Below are positions 23,431 through 36,127 of a DNA stretch of 64,000 nucleotides, in pieces. Where the stretch lies: the NCBI RefSeq assembly GCF_046119375.1, contig NW_027362768.1, positions 144,646,001-144,710,000 on the forward strand, written 5' to 3'. Below the pieces are notes generated by a model, which worked only from the letters and a program-made list of their open reading frames with translations, was not told the origin of the DNA and did not search any database. Numbering within the stretch: the first letter of the stretch is position 1; each line of letters starts with the position of its first letter. The DNA is from Phyllobates terribilis. Its lineage: Eukaryota. Both the position numbers and the translations under genes were made by a program.

Positions 23431-24980
23431 GTAAGAGCACAAATAATATCTGCTAATTGTAAGAGCTACACACGCCATGGTAAATCTGCAGAACATTCAC
23501 ACACATAGAAATACTGAATATTGAAATCATTTTAAATTATATTACATTTTTTTGTTGCTTAAACACAAGTATTTGGGACTAAATGTATTTTTTTGCAATT
23601 GGGTTTCATTAAAAATTTTTTACACCCTTCTATATCCTCTGTGTTGCAGCGTCTATTTCTAGCTGCAGAAGGAGTTAACTGAGAATCCATCAGTGAGCCC
23701 ACTATGATGGTCTGATGGGGAGTTTGTAACTCTTATCTGTCTCTTTTTTTTTTTTCTAGCTCCTCAAAGTTGATTTCTGACCATAGACCACATGAAAGCT
23801 GAATGTGCAGTGAAACAAAGAGCCTGTAAAGGCAAAACGGTGCATACATTTTAATGAAACGCAATTGCAAAATTTATTTTTAGCATTTAAATTTTAAAAA
23901 AAAAATTGTCTCCAAAGGAGGACAATTTCTGCTGGCTATATACAATTGGTTAATATTGGATTTGATGGTCGTTTTTCAGTGGGAGCAGTTGACCATTCTA
24001 ATATGTAAGGGGTGTCTCACTTTTTTACCAGTATCAGGGGAGAGAAGGATTCAGTACACAGGCGTGTAAGGGGGATCGGCAGATATTAGTGTAGGGTCAA
24101 CTTGAATGAGGTCACCTTGTCATGGCAGGTGGGCTCTCACAATTTGATCAATGATAGTACATTCTTTAGAAAAGACAGAATTATTTACAGTGAAACCTCG
24201 CTGGGACGACCACCCAAAAATGCACTGAAATGTGGTCTTTATGGGACATAGAAATGTACGTGTCTCTTATGGGGGGTCTTTATTTTTGGCAATAAGAGTA
24301 GGGTTAAGAATATACTAGAGAAAATGGCGCACTGGTAAAATAAAGTTTCCTGATTAAAATTGTTGTTCAGGATTTGAAAAAAAATAAAAAATTCTGAAAC
24401 AGCACCACCCCTGACTATAGGTTGTGTGTGGTATTGCAACATAGTTCCATTCTTACCAAGAAGGCTTAATTGCAATACAGCACCCATGGTCAGTGGTGGC
24501 ACTGGTATGTTTTTTGATTGAAAGCAGCCATATTCTTCTAAGGTACATAGCACTTAAGCTCGGACAGTCCTGACAAATCACATGTCCCAATGATTTTCTA
24601 AATTAAAAGTGGTTAACAAAACCTCCTCAGGGATCAAACTTAAAGAGGACCATTCACTTGTCATAAATATGTAATGTTTTTTTTTACCTGGTGTAGATAC
24701 CGCTGTTCTCCTGAATTTGGCGTTGTTTTATTTTTATTCCTGCGCCCCTCCATTTCTGAGATATGGCCCCCTTCTTCTTTGTATATAAATTTACTCATTA
24801 GCTAAAGAGGTGTTGTCTTCAGCTATTATTTATGGGTGTCGTCTTCGATAACCATACCCCCTTGGCTAACCAGAATAAATTTATATACAAGGAAGAGGAG
24901 GCCATATCTCAGTAGCAGAGAAGAGCAGGAACAAAAGAAAACAAGAAAACAAATCCAGATTCAGGAGAACAGCGGCATTT

Positions 24981-25154
24981 NNNNNNNNNNNNNNNNNNNN
25001 NNNNNNNNNNNNNNNNNNNNNNNNNNNNNNNNNNNNNNNNNNNNNNNNNNNNNNNNNNNNNNNNNNNNNNNNNNNNNNNNNNNNNNNNNNNNNNNNNNNN
25101 NNNNNNNNNNNNNNNNNNNNNNNNNNNNNNNNNNNNNNNNNNNNNNNNNNNNNN
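24981..25154. other. Assembly gap (174 N)
   Basis: Run of N. Confidence 1.
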
Positions 25155-27331
25155 TTAAATATAACATATTTCTATTTATTTGCTGAATTTTTCATGGTGA
25201 AGATGTCTTCCTTCAATCTTGGCCATAGACCTTAGATAGCTGTCAGTCATTTGGCAGACAATTATTCGCTACCAAACTTCTTTCCTGCAGCAAAATGATC
25301 ACATTTCTCTCCAACATTTAAAGATGACCATGCATGTTGAGCACCTTGAGACTTATGTTCACCTTGAGACTTTTGTGCATCTTGAGACTTTTTTTTTTCA
25401 TATTCTTCCTATGCACCATTATGGACTTCAGTTTATCCACTGCTTGTGGGACATCCATGCTTCCTGTATTTTCTGTGATTTAGTAGAATCCATCTTTCCT
25501 CTTGCCACATAACATTTCCTGTGCCACGGGCTGCAAAGCCACCACATAGCAGAACCAGTCACATGCCTTTGTGTTCTACTTCTTGATTCTCCCTGACTTT
25601 AATGATTTGAGTTTACATATTAAATAGCTTTATGAACAGATCTCAGTTGAGTTTTTCTACCGATGACTTTTGCTTGCAAATCCCAGTTGTGCAAGCAAAA
25701 TAGCAGACAAGACTGGAGCAGCACTAGTCCTAAGGCACTTACGTGAGGGCTTTTGTATCTGCCCTGTCTATGAGTGGTCTATCAAAAACTTCCTTTTTTT
25801 TCTATTTCTAAATGATGCATTGGACAATGAAACAGACAGAAAAGGTTGGATTTTTTTTACCGTCTTTTAATAGTCAAATTTGAGATCTTCAGGCAGCTGG
25901 ATGGGGGCCAATGACCATGAAAAGCCTCCGGCTGAATAAAGCTTCGCCCGACATCTGTTATCACCAATCTTAGTGTATGTAATAGCTGCTGATCATAACA
26001 ATGATCTGAGAGGCAGAGTGTGTTATATTCTGAAAATGTCTATAAATAAAAGACAAATAAACAGTGAAAAATGTATCATATTTACAGAATGTGGACACCT
26101 TTTGGAGACAAAGTTTTTTTTTGCTTAAATGCATGTATTTTGGGCTAAAAAATAATTATTGCAATTGGATGTGATTAAAAATTGCACCGTTTTGCATTTA
26201 CAGACTCTGGTTCAATGCATATTGCTGGCTGCAGAATGAGTTAACTGAGAATCTATCAGTGAGCTCATTCTGACTGGAGAGTTTGTAACTATTTTATCTG
26301 TCTTTTATGAACTTCTCTGTGCTGATTTATGATGGCAAACCATATTAAAGTTACAGTGTACATTGAGATCATAAATCAGCTCTGAAAGAGATAAGAGTTA
26401 CAAACCACCCCATGATGGATTCTCCGTTAGCTCATTCTGCAGCCAACAATGTACAGGGAAGTCAAAGCCAAACGGTGGGACATTTTTAATGAAGCCCAAT
26501 TGCAAAACTAATTTTTAGCCCAAAATACATGCAGAAAAGAAAAATTGCTGCGAAAGCTGTCCACATCCTTTAAGTGTGGTCCCTGCCAAGGAAGATAGAG
26601 TGTTGGACTTTATTTCCTTTTCTTTAAGAATGTTTCTTTCTTGCTAAAATTTCAATGAAAGAGAAATTACAAACTCAATTCTGGATGCTTTTTTTATTTA
26701 GATCCTCTAGAAATATGGACGCCACAATTGAGAGCAAGAAACTCGGAGCCGTGAAACTATCACGTGTAACTTTTCGAGCAACTAATCGGGATAGTGATCC
26801 TGCAGCTGTGAAAAATGTAAGACCACATAATTTAATCTAGGTTACAATAAAGGGGTTGTCCACAGGGATTAGAGATATGATTATTGAGGGTCCACCTGCT
26901 TTGCCCCCACTAGACACAAGAACAGGTGTTACAAAGTACTATGTGTGAATAAAGTGTTCTGTACATACGTGATAGGATACTTACTGATCTCTGGATGTCC
27001 ATCTGCTTGGACCCCCAGTTATCCCAAAATCAGGGCTCAGGTACTCCGAGAACGCACATGCTTGACCTCGTCTCCATTCATTGTCTACAGGACTGCTGGA
27101 GACAGCTGAGTACTGGGCTCTGCTATTTCCGGCAGACACATAGACAATGAAATGAACAGAAGTGAAGCATGCATGCCTCCATTCCATTGAAGTCAGAGAT
27201 GCATAGCCCTGTTCTCTGGGTTCCAGAACCCCAATTTCAGGACCTCTGGGCGTCCCATTGGTCAGATCCTCAAGTTAATCCCTATCAAACGGAAAGGAGA
27301 TCATTTATTTTTTTGTAAAATAACTCCTTAA

Positions 27332-27711
27332 AGGGAACCTTTCACTGGATTTTTTTTATTTAAACTGTGCATTTCATCCAATTGGTGCTGCTTCACTGAT
27401 TTTGGAACAGTTTTTCTTTTTCTTCTGTGCCCCTCCGTTCCAAAGTTATGCCCCCCGGTAGTAAATTTTTCCTTCCACCAACTGGGCGTGGACCACAGAC
27501 ACTGGCCAATCAAAACACAGCCACGCCCACAGAGAAGTCCTATTATACATGCCCAGTCAGTTGAAGGGAAAATTTGCCTTATTACTTTGGGGTCATAACT
27601 TTGGAACGCAGGGGCATAGAAGAAAAAGGAAAAAAGTTTCAAAATCAGTGGAGCATCGGGAATTGGAGGTGGGAGTCAGGCTAAATTAAAAAATCCAGTG
27701 AAAAGTTCTCT
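27332..27711. mobile_element. Palindromic T2-type MITE
   Basis: TTAA-AGGGAACCTTTCACTGGATTTTT...AAAAATCCAGTGAAAAGTTCTCT; internal inverted arms. Confidence 0.7.
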
Positions 27712-28606
27712 TTATCTAGCACTCACGGAGCAGTGCGTCCACATAAGGAACTTTGAGAACCTCTTTCTCTGAATCATTGGGTTCCAGTAGTTAGACCCCC
27801 GGGGATCATACTGTACATTTATCATCTATGGAAAGATAATAAATGGTATAACTCCTTTAACTTTAAAAACTGAGTGGGTTTAAAGGTGTTGTCAGCATTG
27901 CCTGATGTCGGGGGAAAGAGAAGGATCTGGCATGTCCGATTTCGGACTTCCGATCCTTTTGTTCTTGGCGAGACAAGCCACAGCTAAAAGAGTCTGGCAG
28001 AGGGGCTCTCTCGTAGAGGAGTTATGGGGGGACATAAACGCCAGTGGAACTATTGGCCAAATCATCGTTCGACTGACTGCTACCGATTGTGTGTGTTTGG
28101 GGGGGATGGTTCCATGGAGTCCTGAAACACACCAGACTCAAGTCTATAGAGGTTAATTCCTTGACATGGAGCCCAGTCTGAGAAGACAAACAATAAGTAT
28201 TGGGCTTATCTCTCCTATCTGTAATGGATGTCAGCGCTAGGTCACCGCTGACGGAAATTACTTATTGTCTCTAAGTAATTAGGCCGCTTAGTTTTAATGA
28301 CTTAATTTGTTTTGCATCCTGATCTTTTGTGCGCAGATGGAGAACGATTCTGTCCGATACTTTATGGCTGAGTTATCACCGGGCATTTTATTGCAAATTT
28401 CCGAAGTTTTAGCACCTGCGATTTTTACAACTTTTTAAAATAACGCCAGATTATTCTAAAGGGCGCAGTTAAAAAGAATGCACATTAATAAAGACAATAG
28501 AGCAAAGCTCTTCTTACTACCCCTATGTGTACGTTGTGATGCGGGGGGTATGCAGATAATCGGCGCAGTTGTAATAAACGATTCTTCAGTACTTTGTCTA
28601 TTTAAG

Positions 28607-28756
28607 CCTGCAGTCGCCCAAAGCTCCAGGGGAACCTCAAGTGTGAAACCTCTGCCAAGTGAAGGATCTTCAAAACCTATAGAACCAAAAAAACCTACAC
28701 AATCCATCAGTCTGTCCGGTCTCCTGGCTGCTCAACGGATGACAATGAGGCTTAAG
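28607..28756 (+). CDS. Tctex-type dynein light chain gene, upstream coding exon (5' edge uncertain: 28607 or 28614)
   Basis: PAVAQSSRG...SISLSGLLAAQRMTMRLK, AAG|GTAACA donor in phase 0, matching the next exon. Confidence 0.6.
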
Positions 28757-29345
28757 GTAACAGAGCCAGCACTGGCGTGGATACTGGTGATGGAAATAAT
28801 TCACTATATAATCCATACATGAAGAATAACATTATTTTTGGACAATATATGACTTGTATCCTGCAGTTTTCTCTCTAATTTCCACTTGTCTCTGAGCTGG
28901 TGGGTCGAGACTATCTGCTATCATAATGTATATCTTATAGGTAGCACACAGAAACATCTGAGATTCTTGCTCTCTTGCCAGAAACAGCATGGAGAACATT
29001 ATTCATCCATTCTGAGTAACTTTGAATCCAATATTGGTGCTAAATATAACACTAGAAAGCAGCAGCAGCATTTTCTGTGTGTGTCTCTCTGTCTCCTTCT
29101 ACCCTCTGCATTGACTTTAATAGGCACCTATATTCTGATATGAGCTGACAGTCAGTCCTTTCTTGAGCAAAATGGATTTTAGCTGCTTTTCAGAGTGAAT
29201 AAGGAGTTCGGAAGGCAGAAAAGTGGCTCATTAGTGAAGAAAAAGAAGCATATTTATTTTTGATAAGATATCTTACAATGTTTGTGATATTTTCTTGTAC
29301 TATTAATTTATGCAAAGTTTGTTGAAAGTACAATGACCGTTTTAA

Positions 29346-29543
29346 AGGGGTTGTCTGGTGAAAAGAAGTTATCACCCATACACAGGATAGGTGAAAGAAG
29401 TTTTAATGACAAATTAAGTCATTAAAACTCACGGGAATAAAAGTGCCCCGTCCTGTTTTAATGAGTGGTCAGTCCCCCACCAAACAATTATTTTTCACCT
29501 ATCTGGTGTATCAGTGATCACTTGTTTGCATAGGGCAGCCCCT
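29346..29543. mobile_element. TTAA-bounded T2-type MITE
   Basis: TTAA-AGGGGTTGTC...GGCAGCCCCT-TTAA. Confidence 0.65.
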
Positions 29544-30251
29544 TTAAATAAACAGACCCATAAGCGATAGATAATAGGTACAAGAATGGTAGATGTTACA
29601 TAATTCAAATATAAAAAAAGCACAGATAGATATTAATGGCGGCGTAATTTTGGAAGTAAACCGTTAAACCCGCAAAACTGAACAGGTCGTCCATTGATAA
29701 GATTGTTGATGGTTTTGTGGATAAAACTGCTGTTCACTTATAATATCATTCTGTCTAAAACATATGTCCGTAGCTACATGTGTTCATAGTCTGACAGTCC
29801 AGAGCTGCATTCACAATTCTGCCAGCTTTGAAATCTCCCAGCATTGTTTACCGACTTACTGCCTGTATAGAACTTGCTTTGGTGATTTGCCTTTCCGAAA
29901 AGAGTCGGCTTTACAATATGAACTATTAGATAAAGGAAAAAGCTAACTATAATTGTTGCTTGTCGACAAGCCTACTGACAGTTTCCATTAACAACTTGCC
30001 GAATCATGATTTCAGCTCTGGAGTATTATACATGCTGTATAACGGGGTCAGAACACAACATAAGTCATGCAATGTATTTACGAAGTGGCTCAACTCGTCA
30101 CCTAGATTGTTATTTTTTATATAAAATGCTGTCAGGGTATTTTTTTTTGCTAATTATATCATAATCCAATAATCCTTTTTTAAAAACTTGCAGATAAAAT
30201 AAGTTATTGTAATATTGATGAAACTGCTTCTCAAAACTGTTTCAGAATCAG

Positions 30252-30320
30252 GTAGCTTTAAGGAGAAAGGCGAGAGCCCGCACACCGAACCGCAAACCCA
30301 TCCCCATCATCAACGAACAG
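30252..30320 (+). CDS. Tctex-type dynein light chain gene, middle exon (VALRRKARARTPNRKPIPIINEQ; alternative in-frame acceptor at 30246)
   Basis: cag acceptor, CAG|GTAAGG donor, 69 nt, phase 0/0, open frame. Confidence 0.7.
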
Positions 30321-31250
30321 GTAAGGACTTTTTAGGAGAGTCCCCTCTTTTTCTATATAACTTAACCCCTGTAAATCCTAATTCTTGGCATTGCATAATA
30401 ATACTGACCTTAATTAGTATTTTCTCATGGACAGAGAATGGCTGCACAAGATCAGATCATAGTATCCAGTTCAGATAAAACTTTTTTTTTTTTTTTTTTA
30501 ACTGGTACCCCAAATCTCAGAATTTAAAGGGTTATTTCTGAAAATCATAAATTATACCCTATCCAAGGGATAGCTTACTGATCACAAGGGGTCAGACCAT
30601 TGGGACCCCCAGAAATCCCAGCAGCTGGCTCTGCAGAGTCCGGTCTTGACTGGAGATGAGCTGCGCCAGCTCGACCTGTACACCATTCATTGTCTATGGG
30701 ATGACCGGAAATAGCAGAGCGCTGCACACTGCTTTCTCCAATGAATGGAGCTGAGCTCGAGCTTTCGCAGCTACAACCCATTCAAGACAGTGCTGCAAAG
30801 CCAGTTCCTGCATTCAAGTGCCCCGTTCTTAGGATCGCCAAGGGTCCCATATGATTTTGAAGTATTTACTATAAAGGACCACTCAAATTTTTTTTTACGT
30901 CTATGGCACAATCTTAGTGGGTGGTGGGGGACGAAGGTATTAAAAGACCACCAAAAAGAGAGTATCCCCATATCTGCCAACTCTCCTAGAACAAATGAGG
31001 GGCTCCTAGAAAAAAGGGGGAGACCTACAGGACTAGGACTAGAAGAGAAGCTTTCCTGTGTTTGGCCCCAGGATGCTCCACTATCAGAGGGATTGTAGGA
31101 ATCCAGATGCAAAAATCCGGATGTGGATTTTAAATAAGGGGATGTGATAAAGAAATACGTGTTCAGATTTCTGCTGGACCTCTCCTGCTTATAATAGGAG
31201 TACCGCTGTGCCTTCCATTCACCACCCTCTGCACCAGACATAACAGTATA

Positions 31251-31663
31251 TCACATATCAACAGTCCAAACGATAGCCGGCACTCACATCTTCTTAAAAG
31301 AATTGCTTTATTGATCTGATAGTATAAAAGGCACAAAATATGGTTAAACACAACAGCACAAAAAATAAAAAGGCTGAAAAGAGGGATCAGCTACGCTCCC
31401 AGGCAACATGTTTCAGACCTACATAGACTTTGGCTTGACAAAGGACCATGTAGGTCTGAAACATGTTGCCTGGTAGCACAGTGGATATTTATTTTTCTGG
31501 TTGTTGTGTTCAACCATTTTTTGTGCCTTTTATACTACTGGATTAATAAAGCAATTATTTTAAGAAGATGTGAGAGCCAGCTATCGTTTGGACTGTTGCT
31601 ATTACTGGAGTGTTTTGCCGTGCACCCGGACGGGTGAGCTGATTGCTCCTTTTTCACATATCA
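31251..31663. mobile_element. Short Penelope-like foldback insertion with 10-bp direct repeat TCACATATCA
   Basis: Inverted arms 31259-31370 / 31488-31598, inner 25-bp IR 31400-31424 / 31448-31472, motif GACC-ATGTA-GGTC-T-GAAACATGT. Confidence 0.55.
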
Positions 31664-31680
31664 CATACACTTGTGCTGTG

Positions 31681-31840
31681 CAGTGGCGGACACAGACAGA
31701 AGAGGGCCCTTGTGCAAAAACAGTATTTGGGCCCTTAGTAGTCCTTTGTTCTGTAATGACAGAAGCTCCTTGCTTCTTTGGAGGTTGAAAAGGGCACCTA
31801 TGCGGTTGCACCGGCGGCACCAATGATATGTCCGCCGCTG
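31681..31840. mobile_element. 160-bp hAT-type MITE
   Basis: TIRs CAGTGGCGGACA / TGTCCGCCGCTG; 6/8 matching flanks gtgctgtg / atgctgtt. Confidence 0.7.
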
Positions 31841-32504
31841 ATGCTGTTGTACAATAAACTACAGTTCACCTCATCCATCAGGTTCGCAACGCAAACACTG
31901 AAGGAGAAGTGGCTGTTTTCTTCCGTCCGCCGATGAACAGCTCAATCACTATTTGCTCGTTGCAGCACAATGACAATGGTCAGCCGCATTCCAGCAAGCG
32001 AGGGAGTGCCTGCTGTTTGTCCTGCACACAAACGTGGAGTCAGATGGCATCAGCAGTGAAGTGTGTTTGCACGAGAAGTCCTCGTTACACGGAACAATTA
32101 TGTACACAGTAGCCACCATTTACTTTTACAATGCGCCGCTCAAAACACATAAAAGGCTGAATGTTACAAAGGAAGAGGCTTCAAAACTGCAACATAATCT
32201 CAGTGGAAGGCTAGAAATACAGGATCACTAAGTAACATCCAGCGCTCCCATCATCAGGCCTGACAACGCCGTACAGACCGGATGGCTGAGCGCGTCATCA
32301 CTGTGTCGCTCCAATACAGTAATTCTTAATCATAGTAAAATTAATATAACTCCTGTCCCGCTGCAGACAATTCTTCCAAGAGCCTTAACATTAGATGCTT
32401 TGGAGCAAGAATTGGTAGCAAATGGGAACCGTACCTTTAATCCTGTAGCATAGCGCGATCTTGCAGTCATCATCCCTCCTTATTTAAACTACTTTTGGTG
32501 CACA

Positions 32505-32960
32505 TATATCCAGCAACTGTCTTGATTTTTATGTTCACTTTCTATAAATAGGTGGTTCATATTTATCAGCATTCTGCCAGCATTATAAGAGCTGGAACTT
32601 CCTCTTCCCTCAGTTCACAGAATACGTTGGTTCTGTCATTGTCCAATGGCTTATCTGTCTTGAACTAAAAATCCGTCTCTCTTTAAGGCTCATATCCAAT
32701 TTGACAGACAGGAGTAGAGACAAATACCTGCCCCCACTGCCTGTAATCCATTTTAGCTGCTAGAGAGATATTAAACTTGTGTCTAATATATCCAGGAACT
32801 GTCTTGATTCTCATGTTAATTTTTTAAAAAAATGGACAGTTCATCTTTATCAGCATTCTGCCTGCATTATAAGAGCTGGAACTTCCTTTTCCCTTACTTA
32901 CCAGTATTCACTGATTCTGCCATTGTCCAATGGCTTATCTGTCTTGAAATGAAGACACGC
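32505..32960. repeat. Diverged tandem duplication, about 280-bp period
   Basis: atatccag.aactgtcttgatt...cattataagagctggaacttcct...gtccaatggcttatctgtcttgaa occurs twice. Confidence 0.75.
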
Positions 32961-33220
32961 CTCTTCAGAGAGGACACTTCAGAGAGGACTCCAGTGCCAC
33001 CTATTGGAAGTAGCAATCCTAAAAGTCAATATCAACTTGCCATATGACTTAGGATAAAAGCCAAACCTGAGTCTCAATTTTGTAGACACGTGTTTCAGGG
33101 TTTTTGCCTCTGCTCAGTGCAAAGCAAGAGGTCTGATTTGGCTGTGTAAGAGGCCTATGACTGGGGTGTAAGGGGTAAAGTCTTTTCATTACATTACCTT
33201 TTTAATGCTGTTTTTATCAG

Positions 33221-33568
33221 GTTCCTGCTGGCTCTGCAAATCCTCCGCAAAGATTCCCATATACCCAAGCGAAGGAACTTATCAAGGATTTTTTAACAGC
33301 AAAGCTGAGGAATGTGACCTACGACCCAAGTACGTCCGCTGACCTCACCAAAAACTTGTGTGAAGACATCAAGAAAATGGTCCGCAGAGTCACGCCACCG
33401 CGATACAAACTCATCTGCAACATGGCCATAGGGAGCAAGAACCGGGAGGACATTCTGATGACCAGTCAATGTCTGTGGGACTCGTACTCTGATAACGTCA
33501 CCTCCTGTAGCTTCCAGAACTCCACCATGTTCTGCGTGGTGACAGTGTATGCCATTTACTATGAGTGA
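33221..33568 (+). CDS. Tctex-type dynein light chain (DYNLT4/DYNLT5-like), terminal exon with the whole Tctex-1 domain
   Basis: tttttatcag acceptor; RFPY..AKELIKD..TYDP..LCEDIK..PPRYKLIC..SQCLWD..FQNSTMFCVVTVYAIYYE*; matches the Tctex-1 family signature. Confidence 0.9.
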   Translation, partial: VPAGSANPPQRFPYTQAKELIKDFLTAKLRNVTYDPSTSADLTKNLCEDIKKMVRRVTPPRYKLICNMAIGSKNREDILMTSQCLWDSYSDNVTSCSFQNSTMFCVVTVYAIYYE

Positions 33569-33574
33569 AGATGG

Positions 33575-33580
33575 AATAAA
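33575..33580 (+). terminator. Polyadenylation signal AATAAA
   Basis: 6 nt after the TGA of the Tctex-type gene. Confidence 0.6.
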
Positions 33581-33808
33581 TTATATAGAAGACCTCTGGT
33601 CCTACTCAGCCTGACCGATAGAAACAGAATGGAGATTTACTAATCTTATCAATGCAGCGCAGACCTGACAGTCTGAACAAGCGCCAAACATATCTACGTG
33701 GCCAATGTTGGATGATACACTTAGTGCATCTTTACACACTTTTATCTGACATTACACCACCTCTACGTTAGCCTACTTTTATTCCGCCGAAATGTTAGCA
33801 CATCTTAA

Positions 33809-34200
33809 CCCTTTAATGACTGGTGATTTTTTTATTTTTTAGATACTTTCATATCAATATAGCTGTACGAAGACTTTTTTTTTTGCAGTAAGGATTGTAG
33901 CTCTTCATGACGCTCTTTATTTTACCATATAATGTACTGAAAGAACAGGAAAAAAATGAGGTGAAATGGTAAAGAAATGTGCAATTCCATAATTTTTTTT
34001 CTAGGTTTTGGCATTATGGCGTTCATTGTGCGGTAATAATTATGTCTCAACTTGATTCGTCAGGTCATTGCAATTACTGTGATACCAAATGTATAAGGTT
34101 TTATTTTTTTATATATATGTAAATTAGTCATTAAAGAGCTTTGTAAAAAAAAATTGGTTTGCGTCGCCATTTTCTGAGAGCTGTAACTTTATTTTTCCAT
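33809..34200 (+). mobile_element. piggyBac-type (TTAA-CCC) non-autonomous repeat, left part
   Basis: TTAA-CCCTTTAATGAC start; body shares ttgcgtcgccattttctgaga with 42715-43229. Confidence 0.45.
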
Positions 34201-34227
34201 GGGCTTTATCATTATATACATATATAA

Positions 34228-34349
34228 ATTTGATTTCTATTGATGATTTTTGTGTGATTTTGTTGTCAGCGCATTCAACTTTGTACAGAACAAAGTATTC
34301 AATGAGAATATTTCATTCATTCAGATCAAGGATGTGTTATTTGAGTGTT
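34228..34349 (+). mobile_element. DD34E Tc1 (family B) 3' fragment running into the gap
   Basis: Reverse complement of about 36153-36275. Confidence 0.85.
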
Positions 34350-34508
34350 NNNNNNNNNNNNNNNNNNNNNNNNNNNNNNNNNNNNNNNNNNNNNNNNNNN
34401 NNNNNNNNNNNNNNNNNNNNNNNNNNNNNNNNNNNNNNNNNNNNNNNNNNNNNNNNNNNNNNNNNNNNNNNNNNNNNNNNNNNNNNNNNNNNNNNNNNNN
34501 NNNNNNNN
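34350..34508. other. Assembly gap (159 N)
   Basis: Run of N between two Tc1 ends. Confidence 1.
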
Positions 34509-36109
34509 TTTGGACACACCTCATTTAAAGATTTTTCTGTATTTTCATGACTATGAAAATTGTACATTCACACTGAAGGCATCAAAACTATGAATTAACA
34601 CATGTGGAATTATATACTTAACAAAAAAGTGTGAAACAACTGAAAATATGTCTTATATTCTAGGTTCTTCAAAGTAGCCACCTTTTGCTTTGATGACTGC
34701 TTTGCACACTCTTGGCATTCTCTTGATGAGCTTCAAGAGGTAGTCACCGGAAATGGTTTTCACTTCACAGGTGTGCCCGGTCAGGTTTAATAAGTGGGAT
34801 TTCTTGCCTTATAAATGGGGTTGGGACCATCAGTTGTATTGTGCAGAAGTCAGGTGGATACACAGCTGATAGTCCTACTGAATAGACTGTTAGAATTTGT
34901 ATTATGGCAAGAAAAAAGCAGCCAAGTAAAGAAAAACGAGTGGCCATCATTACTTTAAGAAATGAAGGTCAGTCAGTCCGAAAAATTGGGAAAACTTTGA
35001 AAGTGTCCCCAAGTGCAGTTGCAAAAACCATCAAGCGCTACAAAGAAACTGGCTCACATGAGGACCGCCCCAGGAAAGGAAGACCAAGAGTCACCTCTGC
35101 TTCTGAGGATAAGTTTATCCGAGTCACCAGCCTCAGAAATCGCAGGTTAACAGCAGCTCAGATTAGAGACCAGGTCAATGACCCACAGAGTTCTAGCAGC
35201 AGACACAACTCTTCAACAACTGTTAAGAGGAGACTTTGTGTAGCTGGCCTTCATGGTAAAATAGCTGCTAGGAAACCACTGCTAAGGACAGGCAACAAGC
35301 AGAAGAGACTTATTTGGGCTAAAGAACACAAGGAATGGACATTAGACCAGTGGAAATCTGTGCTTTGGTCTGATAAGTCCAAATTTGAGATCTTTGGTTC
35401 CAACCACCGTGTCTTTGTGCGACGCAGAAAAGGTGAACGGATGGACTCTAGATGCCTGGTTCCCACCGTGAAGCATGGAGGAGGAGGTGTGATGGTGCTT
35501 TGCTGGTGACACTGTTGGGGATTTATTCAAAATTGAAGGCATACTGAACCAGCATGGCTACCACAGCATCTTGCAGCGGCATGCTATTCCATCCGGTTTG
35601 CGTTTAGTTGGACCATCATTTATTTTTCAACAGGACAATGACCCCAAACACACCTCCAGGCTGTGTAAGGGCTATTTGACCAAGAAAGAGAATGATGGGG
35701 TGCTACGCCAGATGACCTGGCCTCCACAGTCACCAGACCTGAACCCAATCGAGATGGTTTGGGGTGAGCTGGACTGCAGAGTGAAGGCAAAAGGGCCAAC
35801 AAGTGCTAAGCATCTCTGGGAACTCCTTCAAGATTGTTGGAAGACCATTTCCGGTGACTACCTCTTGAAGCTCATCAAGAGAATGCCAAGAGTGTGCAAA
35901 GCAGTCATCAAAGCAAAAGGTGGCTACTTTGAAGAACCTAGAATATAAGACATATTTTCAGTTGTTTCACACTTTTTTGTTAAATATATAATTCCACATG
36001 TGTTAATTCATAGTTTTGATGCCTTCAGTGTGAATGTACAATTTTCAGCCATGAAAATACAGAAAAATCTTTAAATGAGAAGGTGTGTCCAAACTTTTGG
36101 TCTGTACTG
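34509..36109 (+). mobile_element. DD38E (Intruder-type) Tc1, copy 2, near full length; ORF 34904-35948 frameshifted
   Basis: Paired-like HTH, GRPR, WSDKSK, QDNDPKH-(38 aa)-E; small deletion at VMVWG shifts the frame. Confidence 0.93.
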
Positions 36110-36127
36110 TATATATAGATAGATATA

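Noticed and set aside
24836-25186. ORFs spanning the N-gap (also 34230-34593)
   Set aside because: Artefacts of translating N runs.
25743-25807. Minus-strand exon-like block with GTAAGT donor
   Set aside because: All frames are closed from the best acceptor; only a weak second AG gives a 19-codon frame with no recognisable similarity.
230-28600. CDCP2, expected here from human synteny
   Set aside because: No CUB-domain exons were found on either strand in the non-TE intervals I read; they could lie outside the window.
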